Shown in pieces: positions 1 through 13,589 of a stretch of DNA of 64,000 bases. The stretch's first letter is position 1. Every line of letters starts with the position of its first letter. Position numbers and translations under genes: made by a program. This DNA is from Antechinus flavipes (lineage: Eukaryota), in contig NC_067401.1 of the NCBI RefSeq assembly GCF_016432865.1, forward strand, positions 264,616,001 to 264,680,000, read 5' to 3'. The notes beneath the pieces are model-generated. The model saw nothing but the letters and a program-made list of their open reading frames with translations, had not been told where the DNA came from and did no database searches.

Positions 1-666
1 ATAAACCCGAATGTATATTTATTAATTTAACATAAACAATTTAGCTAGTTGGGGAATAGACAGACAGATCATTTCTTATTAGTCCTCCATGCTTCTTTCT
101 CAAGTCTAATCTGGAAGTATGTATTGCAGAAGGTGTCAGAAAACATAAGGGAGGAAAGAAAGGATAAACACTTTATGTTTCAGTTGAGATGTTATTCTTA
201 TCTCAGTGCTTGGCACTCAAGATGTACTTAATAAATGAATGCTAAATTAAAAAAAAAGATGAATAGACTTTGACTCCAAAAAGCTTATTTTCTAGTGAAG
301 GGCAAAAAAATATTCAATAGATAAACAATAACTATTCATATACAAAAGAAAAATAAGGTAATTAATTTCAGGAAGTAAAGCACATTCACCAGAGGCTGGG
401 GAAGCAGCAAAATATTCTTAAACAGTAGAACTTGAGATGAGATTCAAAAAAATCTAGATACATTAAAAAAGGAAACAACTAACAGATAGGTTATGGACAT
501 AGGTAACATACTGTGCAAAATCATAGAAGTGAGAAATTACATATTACTTGGGAACCAGCATGTAAGCCAACTTGGCTAGAATATAGAGTTGGTAAAGAAG
601 AATAATGTGAAATAAATCTCGAAAGATGAGTTTGCACTCCCTTGAAGGTGAGAAGGGGAGAGAGGG

Positions 667-814
667 NNNNNNNNNNNNNNNNNNNNNNNNNNNNNNNNNN
701 NNNNNNNNNNNNNNNNNNNNNNNNNNNNNNNNNNNNNNNNNNNNNNNNNNNNNNNNNNNNNNNNNNNNNNNNNNNNNNNNNNNNNNNNNNNNNNNNNNNN
801 NNNNNNNNNNNNNN
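667..814. other. Assembly gap (148 N)
   Basis: Run of N flanked by GA-rich sequence. Confidence 0.99.
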
Positions 815-1308
815 GAGGGCCAGAAAAAAAAAAAAAAACACAGAAAATATAAAACTTAAAGGAAAATTGTGGGGATTTCAGGGTAGATGAGAAATTAGAA
901 ATCTGTGTTCTATTCCAAGGGAAATATGGGTGAGAGAAATCCAGTATGGAAGAAAAGGCTGCTGTCTGTTATGAAGAGTAGGAAAAAGGAAAGGAAAAGG
1001 GGAACTTGTCATACCGAAAACTGTTTCCAGGGTTTAGAAATTGTTTGTTCACCCCCAGGTCTTCTCTGCTTAAATTTACATAATAAGGTGAGCTCAACAG
1101 CACTGTTAAATTATATTATTAAATATTTTGGGGCGAACCTTTTCATAACTAGCAAAATATATCAGATTGGAAGTTGGGATTTTAGCTTCATCTTTATTAG
1201 ATTAGTCTGACATATGTGTCATTTCACAAGTTTTGAACATGACAATCCATAACTATTTAATCATGATTGTAGCCTGGATATTCCTCTTCAGAGGAAAGTG
1301 AAAGTGAT

Positions 1309-1628
1309 AATGACCAAAAACAAGATATAATTAAGGCTGCAAGGAAGATATTTTGTCCAATATACTGATGGTCAAGTCAGACAATGGTCTTTGTTATATC
1401 AGGTCTGCCACTATGAGAATGCAAACCAATTTTTTATTCTATGCAGTACCACATTTTTCCTAAATATTTGTACTTTACCTGAGGCTTTTGAGACACATAT
1501 TATCTTGACTTCTGAAAATTGCCCATTAAGATTTTTTATTTAATTAAATCCTGACATCTCAATCCATGTCTCCTAATTCCCATTTCTTGAAAAGCCAGGA
1601 TATAGATACAAGCACTAGCTGATACATT
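1309..1628 (+). repeat. Local direct repeat, copy 1 (~320 bp)
   Basis: Aligns end to end with 2762-3084 (aatgaccaa...gatacatt); 15 substitutions and one 3-bp indel in the 210 bp compared in detail (~93%). Confidence 0.95.
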
Positions 1629-1629
1629 C

Positions 1630-1740
1630 TGTGTGTGTGTGTTTATATGTGTGTATTTATAAATATATGTATGTGTATATATAAATATATATGCATGTGT
1701 GTAAATATGTATATATTTTACATACATATATATGTATATT
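1630..1740. repeat. (TG)n/(TA)n low-complexity tract
   Basis: Alternating purine-pyrimidine dinucleotides. Confidence 0.85.
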
Positions 1741-2761
1741 TTTGTCCATATGCGTAGTTGGGAGCTATTATGTGTGAGACAGAATGATCAAAGGCAGACC
1801 TTTGTATTCCATTTCATTTTCATATCTTTGCAGACAAAATCTTCAGTGTGCTTTTTTAATGTGAGGAAAGTGTAAAAAGATTAATAATTTATAGCTTCAA
1901 TTAACAGAATATAATCACACATATTTTTTTGAAAACAATTTCTATTTAAATAGTTAAAAGGAAAAATGCAGCACAAAACGGAACTAGAAATAAATGAAGC
2001 AAATGCATCCATATATACTGTGTTATTTACTCCAATACTTTTTCACACTCTGTTTCAATTGTATATATGTTCTGTAATAAAATAGAATCAGAGCCTGAGT
2101 AGGAAACTTTTACAATTCACCCCATGGAGTTTCATTTTTTATGAGAATAATCCAATACAGCAGAAAATGGATCAGCTAGAAGCCTACTTCACTGTCACAG
2201 AATGTAGAATCTCATACAAAACATTTCAATATTTCCAGTTGACTCTGGGATTGTGAATATATCTGTTCTATTCTGCTTTCAAAGCTATTGGAAGGGGACC
2301 AGAAAACAAGAGAGACAAGGCAAAGAAATGGATTTCAGAATAATTACAATAAGAAAAAACTCACTATGTCACAGGCAATAATGCATTGCTTTAAAATTAT
2401 TCTATAAATTTAGAGAAAATGTTAAGCATGGCCTAGCAAAATAATGACTGAAGTTGACCAAAAAAGAAGTCATAATCCAAATTGGAGAAATATTTTACAA
2501 AAGTGAAAACAGAGAAATGAAATTGGATTAATAAATTTAATATTTGAATATTCTTTCTGTTAAAGGAAGCAATTAAAAATTTAATGTAGTCAGGAAGCAA
2601 CCAAGATATATTGAGGGAGAATTCTGAATTACTATAGAAAGAAGTTCAAATTTTTAAAAATAAAATAAATAGAATATCTTGACAAACTATTGAAAAGTTT
2701 CTACCACTGCAACAGTCTACAAATTGTAAGCAAATTTGTTAAATAATCAATATTAATAAGG

Positions 2762-3084
2762 AATGACCAAGAACAAGATATAATTAAGGCTGCTAGGAAG
2801 ACATTTTATCCAATATACTGATGTTCAAGTCAGAAAATGGCCTTTGTTAGAGCAGATCTGCCACTGTGAGAATGCAAACCAATTTTTTATTCTCTGCAGT
2901 ACCACATTTTCCCTAAATATTTGTACTTTACCTGAGGCTTTTGAGAGACATATTATCTTTACTTCTGAAAATTACCCATTAAGATTTGTGTTTATTTGAT
3001 TAAATCCTGACATCTCAATCCTTGTCCCCTAATTCCCATTTCCTGAAAAGCCAGGATATAGATACAAGCACTAGATGATACATT
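2762..3084 (+). repeat. Local direct repeat, copy 2 (~323 bp)
   Basis: Second copy of 1309-1628, about 1.45 kb downstream. Confidence 0.95.
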
Positions 3085-6000
3085 ATGTAGTTGAATTCCA
3101 ATAAAAAACTAGGGAAACTTTTGAATATAGGGGGAATAAAGAGTGTAGATGTTGAAGAACATAGGATCAAAGACTTAACTGGGGAACAAATACATTATGG
3201 ATTTTGTAAAAGAAATCCAGATTTCATTTGTCCATGGTTACTTATAAATTAAATCACAAACATTACTCAAAAGTAGTATTACATCTTATCTGGTTTTATA
3301 TCTTACCTAAGGGAAGTTATTCATAAAAATCTGCAACTATTGCTCAGCCATAGAAAGAGAACCCTAAGTACCATTAAGATTGGTATGCCACTGCACTTTT
3401 GGTACTTAAACAGAAAAGCCATATATCAGGGGCAGTATTAACCAATTACACATGGAGAACATTATGGAGCAGATAATATTAATAATAATAAAATTAATAA
3501 TAATATTAATAAGATATAACCTTTTAAGTTGAGAACTTTGAAAAATTTCACAATTTCTGAAATCATATGCCACCAAATCTTCTTGTACCTATTTCTTGGT
3601 ACAGTTTATTATCCATCTCAAAAATCTATCAAATTATTTATATGTAAATATATACATGTGGATATTTGTGTGTGCTTCTGTAATGTGTGTATACATACAT
3701 GCATACTTCTATGAACAACAGGTCATTGGTTTATATTATGCAATGATCCCCAAATACTTTCTGAGATTCATTAGTTTGGTTTTACAAAATTTTCTGGATC
3801 TGGGTATGATGGCTTATCTAAATGATAGTCTCATATATTCATGGACAATAAACATCTGAATTTAGAGGCCTCTGCTGAAAACAAAATTAAAGACTAAATT
3901 TAGGTTTTTTTTTTCCCCTATTCCCAATTGAATACAATTAAACTTCTTTTTCTAACTTTCAAGATCCTTCACAATCTGATTGTTCAGACTCATCGCCATA
4001 TGCATTATATTTTAACTAGATTGAACTATCTGGACTTTGATTAGGTCTTGACAAGTGGAATGTTCTTCCTTTTTGATATAATTAGAAACTTACCATCTAC
4101 TCCCTTTTCTGATGTCTTAGTGTCATCCACTCTTGATGGGAAAAATAGTTATATATTTGGATAAGCAAAATTGCATAATTCTCTTTTCCTTGGATGGATC
4201 TTTCAGTGAGCTGAAGTTCAATCTTCTATCTCTATTTATATGGTCATAGAAGAATGTTTATGGCTGAAATTCCTGTTCTCTCTTTTCCTACTGAATTCTT
4301 ACCATCATTTAAACCTCAGTTTTAATATGGAAAAAATATATGTATGAGGGATAGAATATGTGTGTATGTATGTATGTGTATATACATATATACATAAATG
4401 TGTGTGTATTTTGATAAATGTTTCAGATGTATAATAAAATGGATCAAGAATTGAGAGAAAAAAGTTGATTGAATCTAATTTGGGATTCTTGCGAATTCTT
4501 GTAAAGAACTCAACTTAAATTTCTCTATCTGTAATACTAGTATTTCTTCAGTGATGCTTTAAAGATATGAATAAATGACACTAAAAAAATAGAATGAATC
4601 AAAATTAAAAAGTAATCCCAAGGATAATGGGAAAATCCATGCTACATGGAAGTAGGCAGTAACATATTAATAAGGATAACAAATACAATATATTATGAAA
4701 ACATGTACTATCAGCACAGTACAAATGGTACATAAATAATCTTAGCTTCTAATATAGTAGGTGAATCTTCATTAGAAGATTCAAAGGGACAGAAATTAGC
4801 TAGGAATGACTGAGTTTGAATCTTTCTTGGGCATTGCTATGTGATGCTGTGATTACCTATGTACCATTTGGTTCAGTTTTCTCAGTAAAATCAGAATATA
4901 GTACCTAACTTCCCAGTCTTCTTTGATGAGCTAACATTTGTAAACCACATAAAAATAGACTATTATTATTATTAATTATTATTATATAACATATAATTGT
5001 TTACCACTTAATCACTATAACTGTTCATCTGTTATTCCTTGTTCTAACTGGCCCACATCCTTTCTGATCTCATATTTTGGTAATATGCTTTAGCCTACTG
5101 TTGATGTTGATCCTAAAAAAGCATGGAGTTGCATATGTGTATATATATTTCCATTAAAAACCATGATAGGAAACTGACTGACATTAATACAGGTGATGAA
5201 AGTTGTTTGTATATGATCAGGGCTTAATGAATTCATTTCTTTTATTTTTTTATTTTTTTCATTTATAAAATGACTAGAAATTCTATTGCACTTTTGTACC
5301 TAACTGTTGTTTTATCTCCAGTTTCATGTAGAATTGCATTTGAATAATCTGGCATAATTGGATCCCAACTAATTTCAAGTTTTCTGCTGGTTCTTTTTCC
5401 CCTTTGCTGCTTTTTGCTATTTTGTGAGAAACTGTTGTTCAAAACCTGCTATCATCTTTCTCTAAATATTTTGCAGAAGTACAATGCTGGTTTAGAGTAT
5501 ATTTCACTGTGGCAATTAAGATTGATTTTAAAACAATTCAAAAACTTAATTCATTGAAAGATATCTCTGTTAAGTATTAGTCGGGTTAAAAAATTATGGA
5601 AAAGTTTGAATTAAACAACTATAAAAATATCATCCAAATATTTAATCATTCACTTATTTATGCACTCTAAAGAGTAAGTTTTGGGATTTCAAAGAATGGA
5701 AACACCTTTGTCCTCACTTCAAACTAAGAAAAGAATTTAAAGAAAGCATACAGAATTCAATACAAAAACATACACACACATGGAATATTGTAGATAGATA
5801 TATAGTTTCTGTTTAAATATATGTACATGTATGTACATATATGATATATATATTCATTTAAATGTATTCATGTATGTATGAATAGTTGGGTGTTTCTATG
5901 TCTTACCACTACTTTTGTATTAATGCCTTAGTATAGTCCTATGGAATGAAGTCAGACATATATATCTCTACTCAAAAAATGGGCTATCCACATTATATTT

Positions 6001-6789
6001 TCTGATTGGTTTGTTGTTGTTTACATAGACTTAGACAAAGGAAACTTAGAAATTTTCTTAAATAAGTAGAACCAGTTGTCTGTTAATAACTAATCATGAA
6101 TAGATATGATAAAGTTCTAAAGTAGGTAGAATTCCTTTGTTTTCAATGACTAAATATGTAAATTGATTACCTATTCTAACTACCTCAATATAAATTACCC
6201 TCCTCCATCTAATAGGAGGGGTACAATTTCATCAATTTATAATAATGACAGATATATTTACCACAATGCCCAGAAAAGATAATATAACATCATTTATCTC
6301 AAAATACAATTATTTTCATTTCATGTAGTTGTATTAATTTCTTGTTTAAAGAAAATATTTAATTTATTTCAGCTGATTAGCAGGTGTAAATTAAACACTC
6401 CAGTGTTGAGGATTCAAAGAAAAAAAAAAGTTTAATCAAGAAGGTGCCCATGTAATGTCCATTATCAAACAGAAAGGATGTTGCCTTTAGTTAATCTTGT
6501 GGCCATTCCTTTCCCACCACTCTCTTGCCAAGTCTCTGTAATAGATAAATCAAAAGTATCTCCTGGTTATTACTCTAATCTTTTTTAAGGATTGGAATTC
6601 TATCCAGATTAATTGAAACAAGAGACCAATTTGCTTCATTATGTTGTCCTTTCTGCTTCTTCATGAGCCCATGAACCATATTATATCAATACTTTCCATG
6701 GGCTTAGGACAAATTTAAATACTGTAAAATATTGGCAAATACTGTAGTGGATTTCTTTTCTTTTTTTTTTTTTCTCAAGAGAGATTAAA

Positions 6790-7140
6790 GTAATTTTAGG
6801 CTAAGTAATTTGTCCAGGATTACATTAAGGTCAGATTTGAACTCAAGTCTTTCTGAATAGAGTGTTGGGTCTGTATTCAGGAAGGTCTGAGTTCAAATCT
6901 AAAGTTCAAATCAGACTCTTACTATGTGGGTGACCCTGGTTGAGTTATTCACCGTGTTTGCCTCTGTCTCCTCCTCTGTAAAATGATTGAGAGAAGGAAA
7001 TGGAAAACTATTCCTGTGTCTTTGTCAAGTAAACCTCAAGAGGGGATCACAAAGAGTTGAATACTACTGAAAATAACTAAACCACACCAAACTTTCTGAC
7101 TACAGGCCCAGTGTTCTATCTACCAAGCCACCAAGTTGCC
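6790..7140 (-). mobile_element. MIR-type CORE-SINE interrupted by a younger SINE
   Basis: Reverse B-box gatttgaactc at ~6834-6844; SINE head (actacaggcccagtgttctatctaccaagccaccaagttgcc) resumes after 7099. Confidence 0.65.
6857..7091 (+). mobile_element. MAR1-like SINE (CORE plus RTE/BovB-type tail) with 8-bp TSD
   Basis: B-box gagttcaaatc, tail gagaaggaaatggaaaactattcc...cacaaagagttgaatactactga; ctttctga at 6849-6856 and 7092-7099. Confidence 0.75.
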
Positions 7141-7634
7141 TCCAAAGGATCAAGTGGAGCCTTGTTAATAAGGTCTAGGTATAATGTATACAATCCTGTG
7201 GCATATATAAAGCACAAAGCATTCTTGAATGCAATTTTAACATTATTAACATATGTGGGAAATATTAAGCAAAATAAATAAAAACCTCAGCTTTTCAGAA
7301 TAATGTAGGAATAAAACTTCTTCATATGCCATTTTAAATACCAGTAACTCTGTTACCTCATTCATTTAAAGATGTAATAAAGTTAAACTATAATTGAGAA
7401 GTGGACCATTCTACAGTTAGGCAATTCTATCTGCAAGCCATTCCATACATAAAATTTTCTAATAGTAACTTCAAACATATCTAGAATACCATTGAATAAG
7501 CTATTTGGCTATCTAATATTATTAACATTTTGATATTTCTATTCCCTAAAGGTCTTGAAAGTGGTGGAATCCAAGTAACCATAATAAACATGAGGAAGAG
7601 AGTAATAATAAGAAGAAAGTAGTGGTATATGCGA

Positions 7635-8035
7635 TTATTAAGCACATGCTTTTTTCCAAGCACTATATGAAGCCCTGGGGGTACCAAAGGATGCAAAGAT
7701 AGTCTCTGTCCTCAAAAGGTTCACAATTTAATGAGGGGGAAAAAAACAAACAAATATGTACAAATATAATCTATACTGGGTAAATAGGAAATAATTAACA
7801 GAAGGCATAGGGATTTAGAGGTTAGGAAAGATTTCAGGTTGGATTTCAGTTGGGATTTAAAGGAAGCCAAGGAAAGCATTAGGCAGAGAAGATCAAGGAG
7901 ACCCTTTCAGGCACGGGATAGAGCCAGAGAAATGCCCAGAGCTGAGAGATAAAGATTGTCACTAGATCAGAGAGTACATCATAAAGATCAAGGTATAAAA
8001 AAGATTGGAAAAATTAAATAGTGACTAAGTTATGA
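7635..8035 (-). mobile_element. L2 3' fragment
   Basis: Reverse L2 end ttattaagcacatgc...gtctctgtcctcaaaaggttcacaattt followed by purine-rich body. Confidence 0.6.
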
Positions 8036-9577
8036 AAGGCTTTACATACTCTTTTTCTGTCCTTTTTCATCATTCTTCACAAACAAACAAAATTTGGATT
8101 TAATAAAAATCATCTCTTCTGGTTGGCCATCTGTTTTTTTTTTCTTTTTAAATTGACAGAAGTGGAAATAATCAATAAGCTTAAGCAACATTACCAAGTA
8201 GGTCTTTTTATACTGATGTAAATAATAGTTATTAGTAAATGTTATACATTTATTCAATTTTCTTTATATAAAAATGAATCTTGTAAGTGATATATTAAAT
8301 TATATAGACAGGTATGCATATATGCATCTATTATACCTATACATCTACATGTTTATATGTGTGTTAATATATATGTATATGTATCCATTTATATACATAT
8401 ATGTATATGTCTGTATCTACATATATTTGGACAAAATGGTGAGGCAATAAATTGGGACCAGAATTAAACTAAAAGACAGATGCAAAATGGAATGACTAAA
8501 AAATTACAAAGCATTTTAATACCCCCAACCTTCTCTCTCAAATGCTCATCTTTATAATGTTCTCCATTTGATACTGAATAATTGTGTCATGTAATACCAC
8601 AGTAATTGAAGAAAAAATTTTATGTCATTCAAAGAATGCATCATGTAATGATTAGTTGCATGGTGGATATGGGTAGACATATAACTTTATTTTTAAGTGA
8701 AAGTAATCGAAAGGATGTCACCAAGAAAAAATGTAATAATTAAAAAAGAAGTAAGTTAACTGCATGGTAAGAGTAAAGCTATTTGGTAGAGTGTGTATTT
8801 TATTGATATTTATTTTTTAAAAAAAGGAGATCCAGAAGGACCTCAGAAGACTATTTGAATGGATAAATTGTCTGGGTGAACTTATGAGAATAAAAAAGAC
8901 AAGAATCACATAAAATAAAGAGGAATAGATGGGTTGCAATCTGCAATAAAGTATTTATAACAATAAAATTGCTAATCAATTAAAATGTTGTTAATTATAT
9001 ATTATACATCAATTATGGGAGAGCATGATAAAGTGACTAGAGGGTCAGCCTTGGTGTCAAAGTGACTTTTATTCAAATCTTGCATATAATTAGAGTTACT
9101 ATGATAAAATCATTTAACTACTCAGTGTGCTAGATCTTCCCCTAATATAACAAGTTGCAGATAGAATTCTGATATGCATTAATGAAGGGAGTTAACTTCA
9201 CTGATGTCATAATTCTGAACCAATTCTAGTTCCAATAAAGATATAATAATAAGAAGAAATGTCTCCTGAAATTTATCCCAATAGGGAGTTTGTTAAGCTA
9301 AATGAATTTCCAATTACAGGCGATATTTTGTTAGCAGGAAACTTTATAGCCCTATTTACTCAAAATGATTTTATCCAACTAGTTCACCAAGTAAAAAAAT
9401 GTGTGAAATTGTCTTTGTGCAGCATCATGCAACTGAAGAACATTGAACCTCCACATATCCTCTCTTTTGTAACTAGCTCTTCACCTCAAGAGACCAGTCA
9501 AATCAAAATTGTAAAATATTAGAAATAACTTTTTACTAGCTTTTAGAAGTTATTTTGGCCGATTTCTATCATTTCAT

Positions 9578-9680
9578 TTCAATTCAATAAAAATGTGTTA
9601 AGCATTTGCTATGTGCAGCCACTGTGTTAAGTGATGAGAATACAAATAGTCTCTGAACTCAAGGAGATTACAATTACTAC
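9578..9680 (-). mobile_element. L2 3' end
   Basis: ttcaattcaataaaaatgtgttaagcatttgctatgtgcagccactgtgttaag. Confidence 0.6.
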
Positions 9681-9887
9681 AAGAGAAGTTAACTCACAAA
9701 AAGAAGCTGGGGGAAAAAAGAGAAGAGAATGGGCATGAATGAAATACAAAGAGGTACTTGGAGCAAGGACATCTTGTTTTTCATCCCACCAAATTAGAAT
9801 TAAACAGAGTAGCAGATGAATATCAAGTTCCCAAAATAAAAATAAGCTCAACTCCTGATGTCAACTCATGAACTCTTAAAAACTCTT

Positions 9888-10055
9888 GGCAGTGTAGTAC
9901 AGTAGGAAAAGGTGTACATCTGGATTCAAAGTGCCTGGTTTTGATCCACTTCTCTGCCACTTAATGTTTAATTTTGGGCAATTCAATCAATCAGTCTGTT
10001 TTCTCATCATTAAAAAATGGGGCAGATGGTTTCTGAGGTTCCTTTCAGCTTTAGG
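9888..10055 (+). mobile_element. MIR/MIR3-type SINE
   Basis: Head ggcagtgtagtacagtagg, core tcagtctgttttctcatcattaaaaaatggg, tail tctgaggttcctttcagc. Confidence 0.6.
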
Positions 10056-13000
10056 TTTTTTTTTTTTTTAGGACATTTAGATGTTCCTTTGACCTCTAAA
10101 GTCCCTTTCAGATTCAAGTGCATCATCCTATTGAATCTTTCCTTCTATGAGCATAAGTTGGTGCAGCATATATTGGAAAATCTGCTTGTGGTAGATTCCT
10201 CATTTAACTCTATTTAGTTAAATATTCACAGTAAATTATTTTCATTATCATTACCATTTGTAGTTTATTTAGGATATAAGGATCCAATTACAGAGCAATT
10301 ATGTTCAATAAAATTGTTGGATACACAAAAGAACAAAGCTAGAAGTAGAGAATTCACTCTGTATTGACTTCATTTCCCTCTTTGGTAATTTGAAATAAAA
10401 TATTTCATTCATTATTTCAATAGGTCTGTGATTTTCTCAGAGTGAATACTTCTTCTTTCAACACAGATTACAGTGCCTCCATATGTTATTTGACAATTTC
10501 ACAAGTTGTTGCTCCTGTGACTGAATGAATAAAGCATCTTTTTAAAGTGCTTATTATGTGCAAAAGAGTATACTAAATCCATTAAAAAGGTATCTCTCAG
10601 TGGCCAACTTTCTGATTATAGCATCTTGAAACTTATCTAGACTTTTCTTTAAATAGAAATTCAGTCTTTGGACCTATATTCATAATGTGAGTAAATCCTG
10701 ACAGATAATTCAAATTTCAGCGGCTTGGTTACTTTTAAGTGATAAAGTGATGCTTTCTTCTTATCATAAAGATAATTTTGGACTCTAATTTTATTTTCCT
10801 ATAATAGAATCTATATAAATTTTTTGTATAAAGTGTGAACTTTTTTTTCAAATGTATGTAAATTCAATTAAAAATTAAAGTATTTTTTCTTTTGTCGTGT
10901 CATTAAATATATGTTGAAATCATTACACTGCTCTAAACTTTAAAATGGAGAGAAGTGATTCAGTCAAAATTCTAACTTTCTGGAGTCTACACTTTAATGT
11001 ATAAATCAGAATGAACTAATATACAGTGAGATTAAATATAGATGTGGATAGTCAATAACAAATATATCCCAAATACATTGTAATGTAAGCTTTTTAAGAA
11101 CAATACCTATTTCATGTTTGTCTTTGCCTCACTAGTTAACATGATGCTTAATAGGTTCTAAATGCTGCTTGCTAATTAATTCATTGATATATGAAAAGGC
11201 AATATGAGACATTTTCACAACCTCACAAATGACTTTTTCACATTTTGAAAATTATTTTATCATTTCACAAATTACTTTCAATTTCTATCAAGATGGGAAA
11301 ATTACAAAGAAGAGCCTACATATTTATCACTATTTTTAATTAGACGGATTTGATTATTTCATTTGACAAGTTTGCTGCTAGATTTAGATATTCCAAATGA
11401 TTATCAAAAATATCTGTGGTATTTTAATAAATAGAACTGCTCAAATTCCAAACAGTTTATATGATTTTTACAGAATACAACTAGTTCTTACTTATCACAC
11501 ATAAAATATTATCTCCAATTCATTTTTAAATGAAGCTACAAAGAAAAAATTATTAGATGACAGAATTTTGTATATATCTAGATGAAAAATGAATATCCAT
11601 CTACCCATGAACTCTTTATATATTTCAATTTACTTCCCTATGTTTGTAAATTTACTTTCATCAGTTATGAGCAATGTTTCAGAAGACTCATTCTGCATCA
11701 TTTTTGTGCCCTCTTATTTTCTTTATAATCGATGTGCATATAGCTCTCCAACCCTTGCAAGTCATTTTTAAACTTGTGAAAACTGCTACAAGCAATATCT
11801 TCCTTGATCATACCAATTTGATGTCGACTCATTCTCTGTGCAGATCTAAAGAGGGGAGTAAATTGGAATTTTTCAATTGGTGATATAGCAGCAGTACTGC
11901 TACCCTGGAGACCTGTTTTTAAAGATGGTCATGAGATTTCGGTACCCCACACCAATTCTATTTCGGGGACCATTTCATAGAAGCCTTGTTCACTTCAAGA
12001 AGAATTGGTTCCCAAATATAATGGGGCCTCCTGTGAAATAGTCAATAACTACTATAGTAGGGAGTAAGTGAGATTTCAGTTTGGAAGATGACACATGACA
12101 ACATGCATTCCACACACTGAATTTTTGGCATTCACACTATGTATATTTTAACACTTTTAATGAACATAAAGCAAACTTATTTTAAATTCTATTTAGCTAC
12201 AAAAATATTTAGTATGTTGTGGAAATGAAAAAACTTTCAAAAACTAATGGCTTTTAAAAAAATTCAAAGTCAAAATAAGTAGATATTTGATATGAGGAAA
12301 ACACTTTAAAAAATAACAAACTTCTTTAAAAGATTTATGAGAAATGGTGTATAAAAGAAATGGTGTATGAAAGAAGGTAGAGATCAGATTTTGGAGTTAG
12401 GAAGATCTGAGTTTGTCTTCTTTCCATCTGTAATATATAGTAGGTATATCCAGATAGTCAAATCAACTAATGCCTCACAAAACACCCTATGACTATTAGT
12501 TATAGAAAGGAAGTCAATCTGCATTAGCAAACAGTTTTATACAAGTTTGTTCTTTACAACAATAAAATGAGTCCCAAATAACAATAAGACAAATCTAAAG
12601 AACAATTAACATATTTTTTCTCCTTATTGATGTTTTTGTGAGGGCCCGACAGAGAGAATATTTTAATATAAATATTTCAATAAAATTAATTTAAAAGCTA
12701 CAGATGATAGAAGGATGAACTTTTTTTTCCTAAAGGATGAACAACTGTCTTCATTTTGAAATGAATGTAATTAATTCTTTCATTTCTAAAACATAAAACT
12801 TTTGTGTCAAAAATTATGAGAAAAATATTAATTTGAAAAATGTTGGACATAACATAATATTTCTTTGATTTGCACTGAATTTCTCTTCATGGTGAGGAGG
12901 AATTCGAAAAGACTTTTTTTCACCTACATATTTTGCTCATATAGCATTTATGTAAAATTTCCAATGACATTTGACATTGCTATATTCAGAATGCCACATT

Positions 13001-13589
13001 TATTGTTTAGTAGACTTTTCATCATACTTGTTAACTCACTATAGAATGATATTCAGAATAGAATTCAACTTAATTTAAACTTAATAATTAGCATGTGAAA
13101 ATCATACAAGATTGACACAAAATGAGAAATCACCAACAGACTGTGTGATATATATATATATATATCTGAAGAGAATATCTACCTTAATGATTTCATAAAT
13201 TCTTTGAAATAATTAAAGTATATACAAATGATTATATTTTTACATATTTTGGGAGTGAAAATTGCTCTTGTGGCAATCTACTGTATCACAGTGCCTTACT
13301 TTAGAAAAGGTAGAAATTGGGCTTTTTGGCCTCTACTTTTGGATCCTACTTTGTAATAGTTATTTGGCTTCTTTTCAAACCCAGGAAAAAAAGATGCTTC
13401 TCCCAAATAAAGCTCAACTTCTCTAATATTGCCATGCTGCTAACTCAGGATTCAATGCTTACACCTCCCTCAACTTTCTCTCTCCTCTGATTGGAGGGCG
13501 TGGGTGGAATACTAAACTTCTAATACTTTCTTTATGGAGAAACTGGATTTTGGGATCCTTTTCATTCTATATCTGCTACTTTACCTGTT

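Noticed and set aside
1331-1540. 70-71-codon stop-free frame kept in both duplicate copies
   Set aside because: 14 of 15 changed codons between copies are non-synonymous and substitutions are spread over all codon positions, so there is no coding constraint since duplication.
1311-3082. TRIM/LTR element with ~316-bp TG...CA direct repeats
   Set aside because: Flanks gataa/ttatg give no TSD, homology extends past TG and CA, and there is no PBS after copy 1.
11884-11902. miR-15/16-family precursor (TAGCAGCA)
   Set aside because: Only the seed matches; the remainder is unlike miR-15/16/195 and the stem is too short for a pre-miRNA.
11701-12030. Selenoprotein-like frame with in-frame TGA codons
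   Set aside because: No resemblance to known selenoproteins, no Cys/Sec motif and no SECIS recognised.
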